NCBI RefSeq assembly: GCF_009914755.1
Contig: NC_060927.1
Length of the DNA stretch: 64,000 nt
Source of the DNA: the human T2T-CHM13v2.0 reference genome, Homo sapiens
Direction: 5' to 3' (one strand)
In this document: positions 48,959 to 64,000 of the stretch, in pieces
Numbering within the stretch: the first letter of the stretch is position 1
Layout: every line of letters begins with the position of its first letter
Made by a program: the position numbers and the translations under genes
The notes under the pieces: generated by a model
What the model was told of the DNA's origin: nothing
Databases searched by the model: none
Seen by the model: only the letters and a program-made list of their open reading frames with translations

Positions 48959-50189
48959 TCAGAGAAATGAAGTTTTGAGAAGCAAGAGCTTTGCTGCAAT
49001 GGGTAATGGTTGTACTGAGGCTGGAGGTGGTGAGGAGAGGAGGCAACAGCACTATAAAATCTAATTTCTGATCCCACCAGAGTTGTTGCATTGGTGTTAC
49101 CACCTTCCTGTTAGGATGAGAATCTGAAAATCAATCATACTTTTATAGTTCTTCCAAGGAGAGAAATTATGACACCCTACTTCATGGAACCACAAGCTGA
49201 ACCACTATGTGCTAACTGATATAAGCATTCCCATTTGGAGGAGAAGCATACCTAAATTTGTGAGAGTGTTTCATACTGGACCCATGGGGAAGAGAATATC
49301 AGCATTGGATATTGGTTCTGTTTTAACCTTTCTCTTTTTGCCAATACATCCAGTAAGTAGGAATCTTTATTGTTAAGTTTCTGGTGTAGAATTGAAGTAG
49401 AATGTCTATGAATCATGGGTGATAGGCTATGCGATTCTATAACAGTGGATGATTTATGCCCTCTTTCTTACCAGAGATGTTGAGAACCAGTCAGCCTGGG
49501 ATAAATGATTGCAGATTACAAAGGGTGGGGGATGAGTTGTCATTGCATGTTTAGTGTCTGAAGCAGGTGATGGTTCATTTGTGCTGCATGCCAGAGTCAG
49601 CAGAGTGAAGATTTCTCCCAGTGGTTTGGGATCCTGGGTCATGATTCCCTAGAGGGGCCATGCATTCAGGGATTGGCCTTGGAGACATCAGAAAGCAATA
49701 GGAAGAGTCACCACCTGCCTTTGATACCTGCCACCTTCTCTTTAATTTGCCCTCTTCAAGGACAAAGACTCACCTGTGCTTTCTTGAGTATTTTACAACA
49801 TGATTCCTAGGTGAATACAGCTCAGGTCTTATGACATCATTAGAGGATCCGGTTCCAGATTCTTAGGAAAAAAAAAAACCACTTAAATCCCATGTAAGGG
49901 GGAATGAACAGTTAGGTATAGTGAGACAGCTTGACTCTAAGAGTGAGTCTTAAGCACTCAGCTCTGCTAGAAGAATCTGTGGTCAGGTGGTACTTACATT
50001 TCACTCAGAGGCCTACAACTTAAGCCTCAAAAATTCCTCATATTATGCCAAATGTATCCTTGCACTTGTGACATAGAGACTCTACATACTGGGAAGGATC
50101 TGAGGCAATTGTGTAGGAATTCCCACATGGAGGGAGCATCATAGCAGTCTAAAGGGGAATTACATGCCAGGCTTCTTCAGTGAAGGATG

Positions 50190-50780
50190 TGGTGAGAAAA
50201 CTGACCACCTGTAAAAAGTGCATAAACGAACCATGCCTTTTTTCCCTGATGCCTTGACACCTTGAGGCCTTGCTGACCCTGACCCTGGAAGGACGGCCCT
50301 CGCCTAGGTTGGCTAATTCCTAGAGGTAGCAAACAACTCACCTTCCCTTCTTTTTATATGCAAAACAACCAATCCAGGGTCATAACTTCACCCACCTCCT
50401 TTACTGGGGTCTCACTCTCTAGGCCACTCTCTACCTGTGCTACTCACCGTAGGGCCAGGTGTCAGACAACTAAGGGCAGCCCCTAGGTCTCAGAGCCTGC
50501 TGAAATTATTGAAGCTAGCCAATCCTAATCCTTCTTACCCTGTCTTGTATGTCCTTTCCCATGGAAATCAAAATAAAGTCCTTGCCACATTTTCCCCTTT
50601 CTCCCTCTGCCTCCCAACCCACCCCAGTGCTTCTCCGTGTGGCTCCCCATCACCTGGCATGCCGCCTTCTCTTGGAATCTGTGAGTATAATCCTCTTTTC
50701 CATGGCAGTCATTTCCTGATCTGTTGGCCTTGCCACACCTAAATAATCATGGAACCTATATTTTAAAGTAGTGACTGGTG
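50190..50780 (+). mobile_element. Old LTR (ERVL/ERV1 class; subfamily not assigned)
   Basis: LTR-like CCAATC boxes, AATAAA (about 50572) and a GACAACTAAGGGCAGCCCC motif. Confidence 0.45.
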
Positions 50781-51260
50781 ATCAGAGAAGTGATGACTAG
50801 ATCATCCAGGTTGCTCCCAAGCCAAGACAAAGCATATGTGCCTTGATGTTTAGGGAATGCTATAGATGGTGACCATGCACAGAGCATGTGTACAGTTTTA
50901 CTTTTCTGTACCTCTAGTGCTGAGAACAAACAGATCCTGGAACAGTGTGGCCCTATATTTGTTGAAGAATGAGATGATGGTGGTGAGGGTGGAAAGCTGA
51001 TTTCAGTTCTTATGGTTCTCCCTAAGGCCTCCCCTTCAAGCAGAAGTTGGAACACGTGACATGGAGGTAACATCCTATGAATAGAGAAGACCCAGGTCAG
51101 AGGCTACTAGCACCAAGGACACAGCACTGAGAGATGCCATAGGCAGAGAGACTTGAGTTAAAAAGTTATGGTTTGGATGAGTGGGGGTGGAGGTTTCCTG
51201 GTTGTGATCATGATTTTGTTGCCTTCATGGCCTCCAGACTGAGGTGTCAGCCCTCTTTTC

Positions 51261-52741
51261 TTAGATGAGGTGGCAGCAGTGGGCAGCGGTTGACTCTAGG
51301 GGATTGTAATGGCCTTGGCTCGTGGTTTCCCCCAGACATCCCGTGAGTCACAGGCATGGCCAGAGGAACATCTGGTGATGATGTGCCCTGCATGGCCTGG
51401 ACGGTGGCGGAAGGGGCAAGGACATCAGAGATCCTGAGAGAAGACCTCCTGCAATTTTCTTTTGTCCTATAAAGTAATCTCGCTTCTGATGGGGTTGAAA
51501 TAGTATGGGATTAGATTGGGAAAGTGAGATGGAGGACAATGGGGAACAGAAACATTTGGGATGTGGGAGATTTAGGAAGAAAGGAGAGCATGAGAATAAA
51601 CATGAGATCCCTAAGTAGCCCCTTGGGATGAAAAGATGGAAAGGGAAATTATGGGTATTGGGGTTGTGACTCAATCCAGCAACATTACAATCCTGAGGTT
51701 GGGGACAGCCTGCTATACAGTGATGGGTTGGCAGCCTAAGCTCAGCACACAGGAATGAGCATGGGGGAGGCAATCCCCTTTAACTTCATACAGCGACTTA
51801 CCTGAGGGGCAGGAGGTCAGGTTGCTTTCATTAGTGATGTTGGTTCAGGAGAGATGTTTTGGGCAGCCTGAGGGATTGCATTCTGTGGGAAGAGATAAAG
51901 AGCAAACACAGGGGCTTTCACTGGCCAATCCCATATCACCCTTCTGCTCATGCAAATAAGTCACTGTGTCCATTATCAAGTCACATCAATAGTTGAGTGC
52001 TGTGAAGCAAATTATGTAACTTTTCTAAGCCTCAGTTTCCTCTTCTGTGGAATGCAAAATATAACAGTGCTTACCTCACAGAATTTTGTAAGGAGTTAAT
52101 AACGTAGTAATAGAATATCTAAAGGTACCTAACACATAGTAAATGCTCAAGAATGCTAGGTATAGTCCTTACCAATGCCATTGCCATTGGTTCTAAGAGT
52201 CCCAAAAGGCATAGAGAGGGCAGCAAGTTGAGGATGCATCTTCCAGTTAGAGGTTGGAATCTGGGGATGGGTTAGGAAATGGCTTGTGGTCTAGTAACAG
52301 GATTGAGAATCAGGGATATAACTTCCACCCTCATCCCCATATCAATTACTCAGTTTGCTGAGAGCAACTCTTATCCTTTTGTTAACAGCTAACTGTAAGG
52401 AGCACTGGGCATCCCCTGCAGGCATAGTTGGAGAAGGAGGATGAGAAGGAGGTGGAAAGAGGTCTTCGTTTTGTAAAAAGGCAGCATCCTGAGCTGAAGG
52501 GAAAATGAAGAGAAGATGAAAAGCAGCTCCTGGGTTCATAGGGGAGGGGAGGGAAAGGAGCAGGAAAGGTAGGAGCAGGTACTGTAGGGAGCAGGGAAGA
52601 GGCAGCTGTCATGCTTGGGATGCCTGGGTCCCCTTCCAGCACTCCTACGAAGCAGAGATGTCAAGAAGGTAGCCTTGCTCAGGTTCACCTGCCAGACTGA
52701 GGAAGGAGCTGCTGAAGATGGGAGGACAGGGACTTTTTATA
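51261..52741 (-). pseudogene. Unprocessed resistin-like (RELM) pseudogene A, four-exon structure
   Basis: TATAAAAAG at 52741-52733 and non-coding exon donor at 52688. Coding exon 52469-52350 reads (ACG)KTSFHLLLILLLQL/fs/MPAGDAQCSLQLAVNKRIRVALSKL. The 81-bp exon 51882-51802 reads CNPSGCPKHLS*TNITNESNLTSCPSG. The 127-bp exon 51387-51261 reads GHIITRCSSGHACDSRDVWG/fs/ETTSQGHYNPLESTAAHCCHLI*. All introns are GT-AG, and the coding introns are phase 1. Confidence 0.93.
52733..52741 (-). promoter_or_regulatory. TATA box of pseudogene A
   Basis: TATAAAAAG lies 53 nt upstream of a CAG|GTGAAC donor, the same spacing as at RETNLB. Confidence 0.6.
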
Positions 52742-54757
52742 TCTGGCGGTGTGTCTGGTGTGGCATTGGCTCCCCTCCACCAACACACACTCTGGCAGTA
52801 ACTAGGAACTAAGGTAGCCTGGGAGGGTCAAACTTTTAGAATGAGCCTGGGACAATCTCCAGTTTGTGTCCTGAGAGGTCCCAGCTGCCGTTGCTCTCGT
52901 TCTCTGCCTAAGGAATTCTTCCTGCTTTTCTTTCTCCTCTCTTTTCTTCTTGGCAGCCCCACAAGCTCGGCAGCTACTTTGCCAGAAATCACCAAATTGG
53001 ATGATATATCTCATTATAGGCCTTTTGTTCATTCCTTCATTGGGAAAAGGTACAGAGAGTATGATCTAAGGGCCCTTATTGTCATCTGTTCAGATAACAT
53101 GACATTGCCCTTGACTAATTCTCTCCATAGACCAGTAACACAAAATTTCAGCTGGGGGAGACATAGAATTAGAATGGAGGCTCTATGAAGGCAGTAATCT
53201 TTTCCTGTTTTGGCAACCACTGCAGCCCAGTGCCTTTGTATAAAGAATTTAATAAATATTTGTTAAATGAGTGAATAAGAATACTTTTTATTTAGTTAAG
53301 AAGAAAAATAGTTTAAATGATTTCAGAGTTTGTTTAGTGGTAGAATAATGTGATTACAGCTCCAGGTTCTTTTTCCTCTTTCTGCTTCACCATGCTTACA
53401 GTTTTGGCTCAAAAGTCACAGGATGATTGAACTAACTCCATGGACACAAGATAGCTGCCACAGCTCCAGACATCACATCCTCACACCAACAGCCCAAGCA
53501 AGAAGTGACATGGACAATTTTGAGTCTCTGTTTTTAATTCAAGAAGTGAATTCTTTCTCAGGAGGCCCAAGAAGAACCCTCCCATGTATGTCTTCTTGGT
53601 CTGATTTGGGTCACCTGCCACCCCATGCAACTCCACTCCATGCAAAGGTGGCTAGAAAAAGAAATACTTGGCCAAGAGAAGTGAAAGTTATATTATTGGT
53701 TTAACCAATATTTTATCCTTCAGGACTGGACACATCAATACCCTGAATGACATCAAGATTCTGTTAACAGTGAGAAAGGGGAAATGGGCCACCAAGTGAG
53801 CAGCTAATTATATTGGACAAAGCTACAATATCTACTTTTGCTTCTGCTATAGCTAACCTCTCTGACCTCCATCTTCACTCTCTGGCTTTTCTTTCTCAGA
53901 GTGCCCTCTAATGAACAGCTATTTCTCCTACTGACACTTTGAGAATTAAACCCAAGGATCTCCATTAAAACAACATTTGTTCCTCAATGACCAGGATTGA
54001 GGTAAAAGAAGAGGAATAGAAAGCAAAAGAGGGAGCTGACTCAGACTCAGAGCTAGACCCAGTAGCAGGCGCATTGTTCATTATAGCTCCTCCATGGGCC
54101 AGGCACTGTGCTATGCACTGGGGAGTCAATGGTGTGCAAGTTAGGCAAAGTTTTCTCTTTCATGGACTACATGTTCCAATGCAAGAGATAGTTAATACAC
54201 TCATAAATAGAATATGAAGTCAACACTGAGAAGCATCATGAAAAAAAAAACAGGGCAAGAGTTAGAGGTGATGCGAAAGGTTTTCTGAAAAAAATTGAGC
54301 ACTGACCTTTTGTGTGAGAACTGTGTAACTATCTGGGAGACAGGACGTAGGAAGGCCTCAAGGTGGGAGGGTGGCTATGACAGAGAATACCTAGAATGCA
54401 GATATGGCCAGGGTGAACAAGGGTTACAAATGAAGTTAGAGATATAGCCAGTGACCAGGGGATGCAGGATTTAGTTGGCCTTGAGATTTTATTTTTTCAT
54501 GTTGTGGAAGTCACTAGACTTGAACAGGAAGGTGACATTATCTGCTTTCTATTCTAAAAGACTCACTGCAGCAGCTATAAATAAGAGTATAGCTATTATT
54601 ATAATAATTAACAGTGCATATTTGAACAGAGCAGTTATAACAAATTTTTATAAGTAATTAATAAACCCAAACAATATTTCATAACTATATTTTTTTAAAT
54701 GAGAAAGAGCTTCTCCTCCCACCCAAGTAGTTTATATACTCATGGACATTTCGCTAG

Positions 54758-55094
<337 letters not shown>

Positions 55095-55999
55095 ATTCTT
55101 ACTATTTCTTTTCATAATTGCCAGCTTTGACATGTCTACTTTTTATAATTAAGTAGATAGAAAGAAAAAGTGTTTATTGTAGTAATGCCGTTCAATTTGT
55201 CTGAATTCCTTTTGAATGACTTGTCAACAATCTCACACACCAACTTATTATTAAAAATTATTTTTGGTGATTCATCAATTGACAATTGCATTATATCCTC
55301 CTTCAATCCTATAAAGACCAAACCATGGAAGCCTCCCGAGCCATGAAAGGACTTGTTACCCCATCACTGGATCATTCATACACTCATTGTGGATGCCCAT
55401 ATTTTTAATCACTTCTTGTTTGGCATTCTGCAGATTTTTATACCCCAGGATAATAAGATTCAGTGACAGGTGAGGGCTGTGGTTTTCTTTTGTTATGTGG
55501 GAGAAAGGCAATGGTGAAAGAAGTCACCTTGATCAAAGCACGTCTCAGGCACTTGAATTTAGTAAAGAGTACATATGCACACTGAAAATCTAGAAATAGA
55601 TTCCCTTAAAGCTACCCCTGCTTGCCCATCCCTTGAAAAATCTCACACATAGCTCGGAGCCTGTTATTCTAGTTGGTGAGCTCTGTAAGGGTGTGTTATT
55701 TTATTTCTCTTTACCCCTTGCCAAGCAGTATGCCTGGCACAGCCATCTTTTTGTTTAAAAATGAGGATCTCGAGCCAAGATGGCCGAATAGGAACAGCTC
55801 CGGTCTACAGCTCCCAGCGTGAGCGACGCAGAAGACGGGTGATTTCTGCATTTCCATCTGAGGTACCGGGTTCATCTCACTAGGGAGTGCCAGACAGTGG
55901 GCGCAGGCCAGTGTGTGTGCGCACAGTGCGCGAGCCGAAGCAGGGCGAGGCATTGCCTCACCTGGGAAGCGCAAGGGATCAGGGAGTTCCCTTTCCGAG

Positions 56000-56215
56000 T
56001 CAAAGAAAGGGGTGACGGACGCACCTGGAAAATCGGGTCACTCCCACCCGAATATTGCGCTTTTCAGACCGGCTTAAGAAACGGCGCACCACGAGACTAT
56101 ATCCCACACCTGGCTCAGAGGGTCCTACGCCCACGGAATCTCGCTGATTGCTAGCACAGCAGTCTGAGATCAAACTGCAAGGCGGCAACGAGGCTGGGGG
56201 AGGGGCGCCCGCCAT
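56000..56215 (-). CDS. L1 ORF0 (71 aa, antisense)
   Basis: MAGAPPPASLPPCSLISDCCASNQRDSVGV...RHPFL, with ATG at 56215-56213. Confidence 0.8.
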   Translation of the reverse strand: MAGAPPPASLPPCSLISDCCASNQRDSVGVGPSEPGVGYSLVVRRFLSRSEKRNIRVGVTRFSRCVRHPFL

Positions 56216-56670
56216 TGCCCAGGCTTGCTTAGGTAAACAAAGCAGCCGGGAAGCTCGAACTGGGTGGAGCCCACCACAGCTCAAGGAGGCCTGCCTGCCT
56301 TTGTAGGCTCCACCTCTGGGGGCAGGGCACAGACAAACAAAAAGACAGCAGTAACCTCTGCAGACTTAAGTGTCCCTGTCTGACAGCTTTGAAGAGAGCA
56401 GTGGTTCTCCCAGCACGCAGCTGGAGATCTGAGAACGGGCAGACTGCCTCCTCAAGTGGGTCCCTGACCCCTGACCCCCGAGCAGCCTAACTGGGAGGCA
56501 CCCCCCAGCAGGGGCACACTGACACCTCACACGGCAGGGTATTCCAACAGACCTGCAGCTGAGGGTCCTGTCTGTTAGAAGGAAAACTAACAACCAGAAA
56601 GGACATCTACACCGAAAACCCATCTGTACATCACCATCATCAAAGACCAAAAGTAGATAAAACCACAAAG

Positions 56671-57687
56671 ATGGGGAAAAAACAGAACAGAAAAACTGGA
56701 AACTCTAAAACGCAGAGCGCCTCTCCTCCTCCAAAGGAACGCAGTTCCTCACCAGCAACAGAACAAAGCTGGATGGAGAATGATTTTGACGAGCTGAGAG
56801 AAGAAGGCTTCAGACGATCAAACTACTCTGAGCTACGGGAGGACATTCAAACCAAAGGCAAAGAAGTTGAAAACTTTGAAAAAAATTTAGAAGAATGTAT
56901 AACTAGAATAACCAATACAGAGAAGTGCTTAAAGGAGCTGATGGAGCTGAAAACCAAGGCTCGAGAACTACGTGAAGAATGCAGAAGCCTCAGGAGCCGA
57001 TGCGATCAACTGGAAGAAAGGGTATCAGCAATAGAAGATGAAATGAATGAAATGAAGCGAGAAGGGAAGTTTAGAGAAAAAAGAATAAAAAGAAATGAGC
57101 AAAGCCTCCAAGAAATATGGGACTATGTGAAAAGACCAAATCTACGTCTGATTGGTGTACCTGAAAGTGATGTGGAGAATGGAACCAAGTTGGAAAACAC
57201 TCTGCAGGATATTATCCAGGAGAACTTCCCCAATCTAGCAAGGCAGGCCAATGTTCAGATTCAGGAAATACAGAGAACGCCACAAAGATACTCCTCGAGA
57301 AGAGCAACTCCAAGACACATAATTGTCAGATTCACCAAAGTTGAAATGAAGGAAAAAATGTTAAGGGCAGCCAGAGAGGAAGGTTGGGTTACCCTCAAAG
57401 GAAAGCCCATCAGACTAACAGCGGATCTCTCAGCAGAAACCCTACAAGCCAGAAGAGAGTGGGGGCCAATATTCAACATTCTTAAAGAAAAGAATTTTCA
57501 ACCCAGAATTTCATATCCAGCCAAACTAAGCTTCATAAGTGAAGGAGAAATAAAATACTTTATAGACAAGCAAATGCTGAGAGATTTTGTCACCACCAGG
57601 CCTGCCCTAAAAGAGCTCCTGAAGGAAGCGCTAAACATGGAAAGGAACAACCGGTACCAGCCGCTGCAAAATCATGCCAAAATGTAA
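56671..57687 (+). CDS. L1 ORF1p (338 aa, full length)
   Basis: MGKKQNRKTGNSK...; ARR and YPAKLS motifs intact, but REKGR is changed to REEGW. Confidence 0.97.
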   Translation: MGKKQNRKTGNSKTQSASPPPKERSSSPATEQSWMENDFDELREEGFRRSNYSELREDIQTKGKEVENFEKNLEECITRITNTEKCLKELMELKTKARELREECRSLRSRCDQLEERVSAIEDEMNEMKREGKFREKRIKRNEQSLQEIWDYVKRPNLRLIGVPESDVENGTKLENTLQDIIQENFPNLARQANVQIQEIQRTPQRYSSRRATPRHIIVRFTKVEMKEKMLRAAREEGWVTLKGKPIRLTADLSAETLQARREWGPIFNILKEKNFQPRISYPAKLSFISEGEIKYFIDKQMLRDFVTTRPALKELLKEALNMERNNRYQPLQNHAKM

Positions 57688-57726
57688 AGACCATCGAGAC
57701 TAGGAAGAAACTGCATCAACTAATGA

Positions 57727-61578
<3,852 letters not shown>

Positions 61579-62028
61579 ACAATGAGATCACGTGGACACA
61601 GGAAGGGGAATATCACACTCTAGGGACTGTGGTGGGGTCGGGGGAGGGGGGAGGGATAGCATTGGGAGATATACCTAATGCTAGATGACGAGTTAGTGGG
61701 TGCAGCGCACCAGCATGGCACATGTATACATATGTAACTAACCTGCACAATGTGCACATGTACCCTAAAACTTAGAGTATAATAAAAAAAAAAAAAAATG
61801 AAAAAAAAGAAAAAAAAAAAATAAATAAATAAATAAAAATGAGGGAAGTGGGGGTTTGGAGTATCAGTTTGTTTTTCCCATTCTTCCCATATCTTTCCTA
61901 ACTTCCCATCCCACTTCCCAAACTGAGATGTCACCACTGGGACACTGACAACATTTTCTGGATAGGGGAGCCCCAAGCTGGGGACAATAACAGAGATGAC
62001 ATAAGCACAGAGAGGTACAAAGTTTGTC

Positions 62029-62034
62029 TTTATT
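62029..62034 (-). terminator. RETNLB: RETNLB polyadenylation signal
   Basis: AATAAA about 117 nt after the stop codon. Confidence 0.75.
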
Positions 62035-62150
62035 ACCCAAGAATCAGGACTGGAACAAATGAAGTGGGACGTTTGAGTTAGATTTCTTGGTTGGGACCCT
62101 GGTTTCATTACTGTCATGGTCACAAAACTGAGTTCTCAGCCTCCTCCCTG

Positions 62151-62278
62151 TCAGGTCAGGTGGCAGCAGCGGGCAGTGGTCCAGTCCACCACACTGCACT
62201 GGCAGTGGCAGGTGGTTTCCAGCTGAACATCCCACGAACCACAGCCATAGCCACAAGCACAGCCAGTGACAGCCATCC
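62151..62278 (-). CDS. RETNLB: RETNLB last coding exon
   Basis: CAG acceptor, then [42 protein letters not shown] (resistin Cys signature). Confidence 0.97.
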
Positions 62279-62880
62279 CTGCATGAGCACATGAAGCACA
62301 GACATCAGAGCTCTTGGAATTTAAGAGGAGGAAGGGCTACCCACAACCATCTTTCAACCCTGTGCAGTCAGGGGTAGAGCTAGGTTTCGTGGGGCCTCAA
62401 GCTCATTCAATTTTGCGAGCTCATTTCAAGAAAAGAAATACAGAAATCACAGAAACAAATATTTGCTGCCATGAAAGAGACTCATGCAAGTGAGAGACTT
62501 GGAACTTGGGAGTTTCAGTTTTCTTCGATTTGTGATAAATTCACCTCTCTGTTGGCCCCTACCCATCAAAACAGAGGAATAGATTGGAAAGAGAAATGAA
62601 GTATGTGATCATTATGGGACAATGGAGGAGAGGAAGGGCTGAGAAACAGGGGCATGAAGTGAAGGGGTGAAAGGAAGAGGCAGAAGCCCAAGATCCCCCA
62701 GTAGCATCCTTCAGGGAAACAAGAATGGGCAAGGGGTCTCTGGGAACCAAGAGTCATGACTCAGCCCCAGGGTGCCAGGGTGATACAGACCTGACATGGG
62801 GGAAGACGTAGGTGCAGGGAGATGGACAGGGGAGGATACAGGGCATCGTAGTCGCCATTCCCTCTCAGGGAGTTACTCAC

Positions 62881-62961
62881 CAGCAGGGCAGGAGGACGGT
62901 CTGCCTTGGCTTTTGACACTAGCACACGAGAGCTTCTTGCTTATAGGAGAGGGACTGTACT
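62881..62961 (-). CDS. RETNLB: RETNLB middle coding exon (81 bp)
   Basis: EYSPSPISKKLSCASVKSQGRPSSCPAG; CAG acceptor and GTGAGT donor. Confidence 0.97.
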
Positions 62962-63431
62962 CTGAGTAGGAAAGAAGAAAGGGTACATCCCATGAGCTAT
63001 CCTCCCCATAATCCCCTTATCCCCTTCCAAATTGTCTTCTACCTTGGAGGTGACACTGTGTCCAGAATCAGCCTACTCATCAGCTTTTAAGGTTAGTTTC
63101 CTCATTTTTAAAGCAGAAGTAATAGTTGTCCTTACCTCATAAAATGGTTGTGGGAATTAAATGAAATAATCTACGTAAAACTTGGATTATACCTGGTTCA
63201 TAATGAGTGTTCATAAATTACAGCTACCATTCTCCTCCACCTCTTCCTCCTCATCAGGAAAACCTCAGCTTTTAGCCAAGACTTCAAACACGGGTAGGGT
63301 AGTGTAGAAAGCCCTCATCAGGGGTTGGGCTTGGTTGGGATCTTGGGATGGGATAGAGACAAAGCTAGAGTTTAAGAACAGGAGAAATGAGCAAGGGTCA
63401 ACCCCCCGCTTCCCCTACCCCAGTCAGTTAC

Positions 63432-63566
63432 CTAGACTGTTGAGAACATCCTTGATCTTCTTATCCATAACGGAGTCTAAGGAACACTGAGTACTCCCCG
63501 GGTTGATCAGCTGGAGAAGGGGGATTAGGGGATTAGGATGAGAAGGAGGCAAGAGGACGGCCCCAT
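63432..63566 (-). CDS. RETNLB: RETNLB first coding exon; this allele has an 8-bp duplication giving a stop at codon 14
   Basis: ATG at 63566 reads MGPSSCLLLILIP*, with TAA at 63527-63525. Removing TAATCCCC restores LLQLINPGSTQCSLDSVMDKKIKDVLNSL and a 336-nt, 111-aa CDS. Confidence 0.95.
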
Positions 63567-63768
63567 CCTGTACAGAGTCAGTGTCCTGGGGCTGGGAGAA
63601 AAGATGGAAAGCAGCTTAGATCTCTGAGCTCCTGGGTGGTGGTGAAGGAAAGAAGACAACGTGGTTAGTTTCCAGGGAGTAAAGATGGAAGAACAGCGTC
63701 ATCAGTACTGGATCTCTTTAGGCAGTTTGGAGAAGCAGGTAGGGTTGCTGAAGAACAGATTTATTCAC

Positions 63769-63956
63769 CAAAACATTCAGAGAAGGTCTACAAGGACTAG
63801 CCAGGCAAGGGCGTTTTAATACACCTGGTATTAACCTGGGCACCTTTAACATACAAGCACACACAAACATGTAAACACACTCCCAGCACACTTTCAAAGA
63901 CCTGTGCCAGCTAGGGTAACAGGTGACTGTGATAAACTTTGGAGTGTTCATGAGAA
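63769..63956 (-). promoter_or_regulatory. RETNLB: RETNLB proximal promoter and putative short non-coding exon
   Basis: TATTAAAA at 63821-63814, donor TTG|GTGAAT at 63768, GATA motif TGATAA at 63930-63935, and STAT6-type TTCATGAGAA at 63947-63956. Confidence 0.55.
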
Positions 63957-64000
63957 GCAACAGCTGCCTTTGCTCTGGATCTCTGCCAAGGGAGTCCTCC

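Noticed and set aside
52392-52487. Upstream in-frame ATG rescuing pseudogene A (MLPFYKTKTSF...)
   Set aside because: The frameshift leads to TAG after 32 codons, and downstream exons carry a further stop and frameshift.
62044-62292. 82-aa Cys/Trp-rich minus-strand ORF
   Set aside because: It is a shifted-frame reading of the RETNLB last exon that starts in the intron.

Overview
Human (primate) genomic DNA that I recognise as the DZIP3-RETNLB interval on 3q13, based on the RETNLB protein sequence; the DZIP3 call rests on synteny. The window is mostly interspersed repeats: L1, Alu, MaLR/ERV LTRs and DNA-transposon relics, including a full-length young L1 at 55.8-61.8 kb. The main result is a tandem, same-strand (minus) cluster of three resistin-like (RELM/FIZZ) loci. 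These are RETNLB (62.0-63.8 kb) and two unprocessed, intron-containing RELM pseudogenes at 51.3-52.7 kb and 31.7-33.2 kb, neither of which the ORF track shows as a gene. The first keeps RETNLB-like exon sizes, intron phases, splice sites and a TATA box; the second is more decayed. On this haplotype RETNLB itself carries an 8-bp duplication that creates a stop at codon 14, so no locus here encodes an intact secreted RELM. Other observations include a complex templated inverted-duplication patchwork (20.8-24.9 kb), a MER41 LTR with two intact GAS/STAT motifs between the pseudogenes, an L1 antisense promoter/ORF0 facing one pseudogene, and a TSD-less AluYb8-type fragment. Repeat subfamily names and repeat boundaries were assigned by eye and are approximate.
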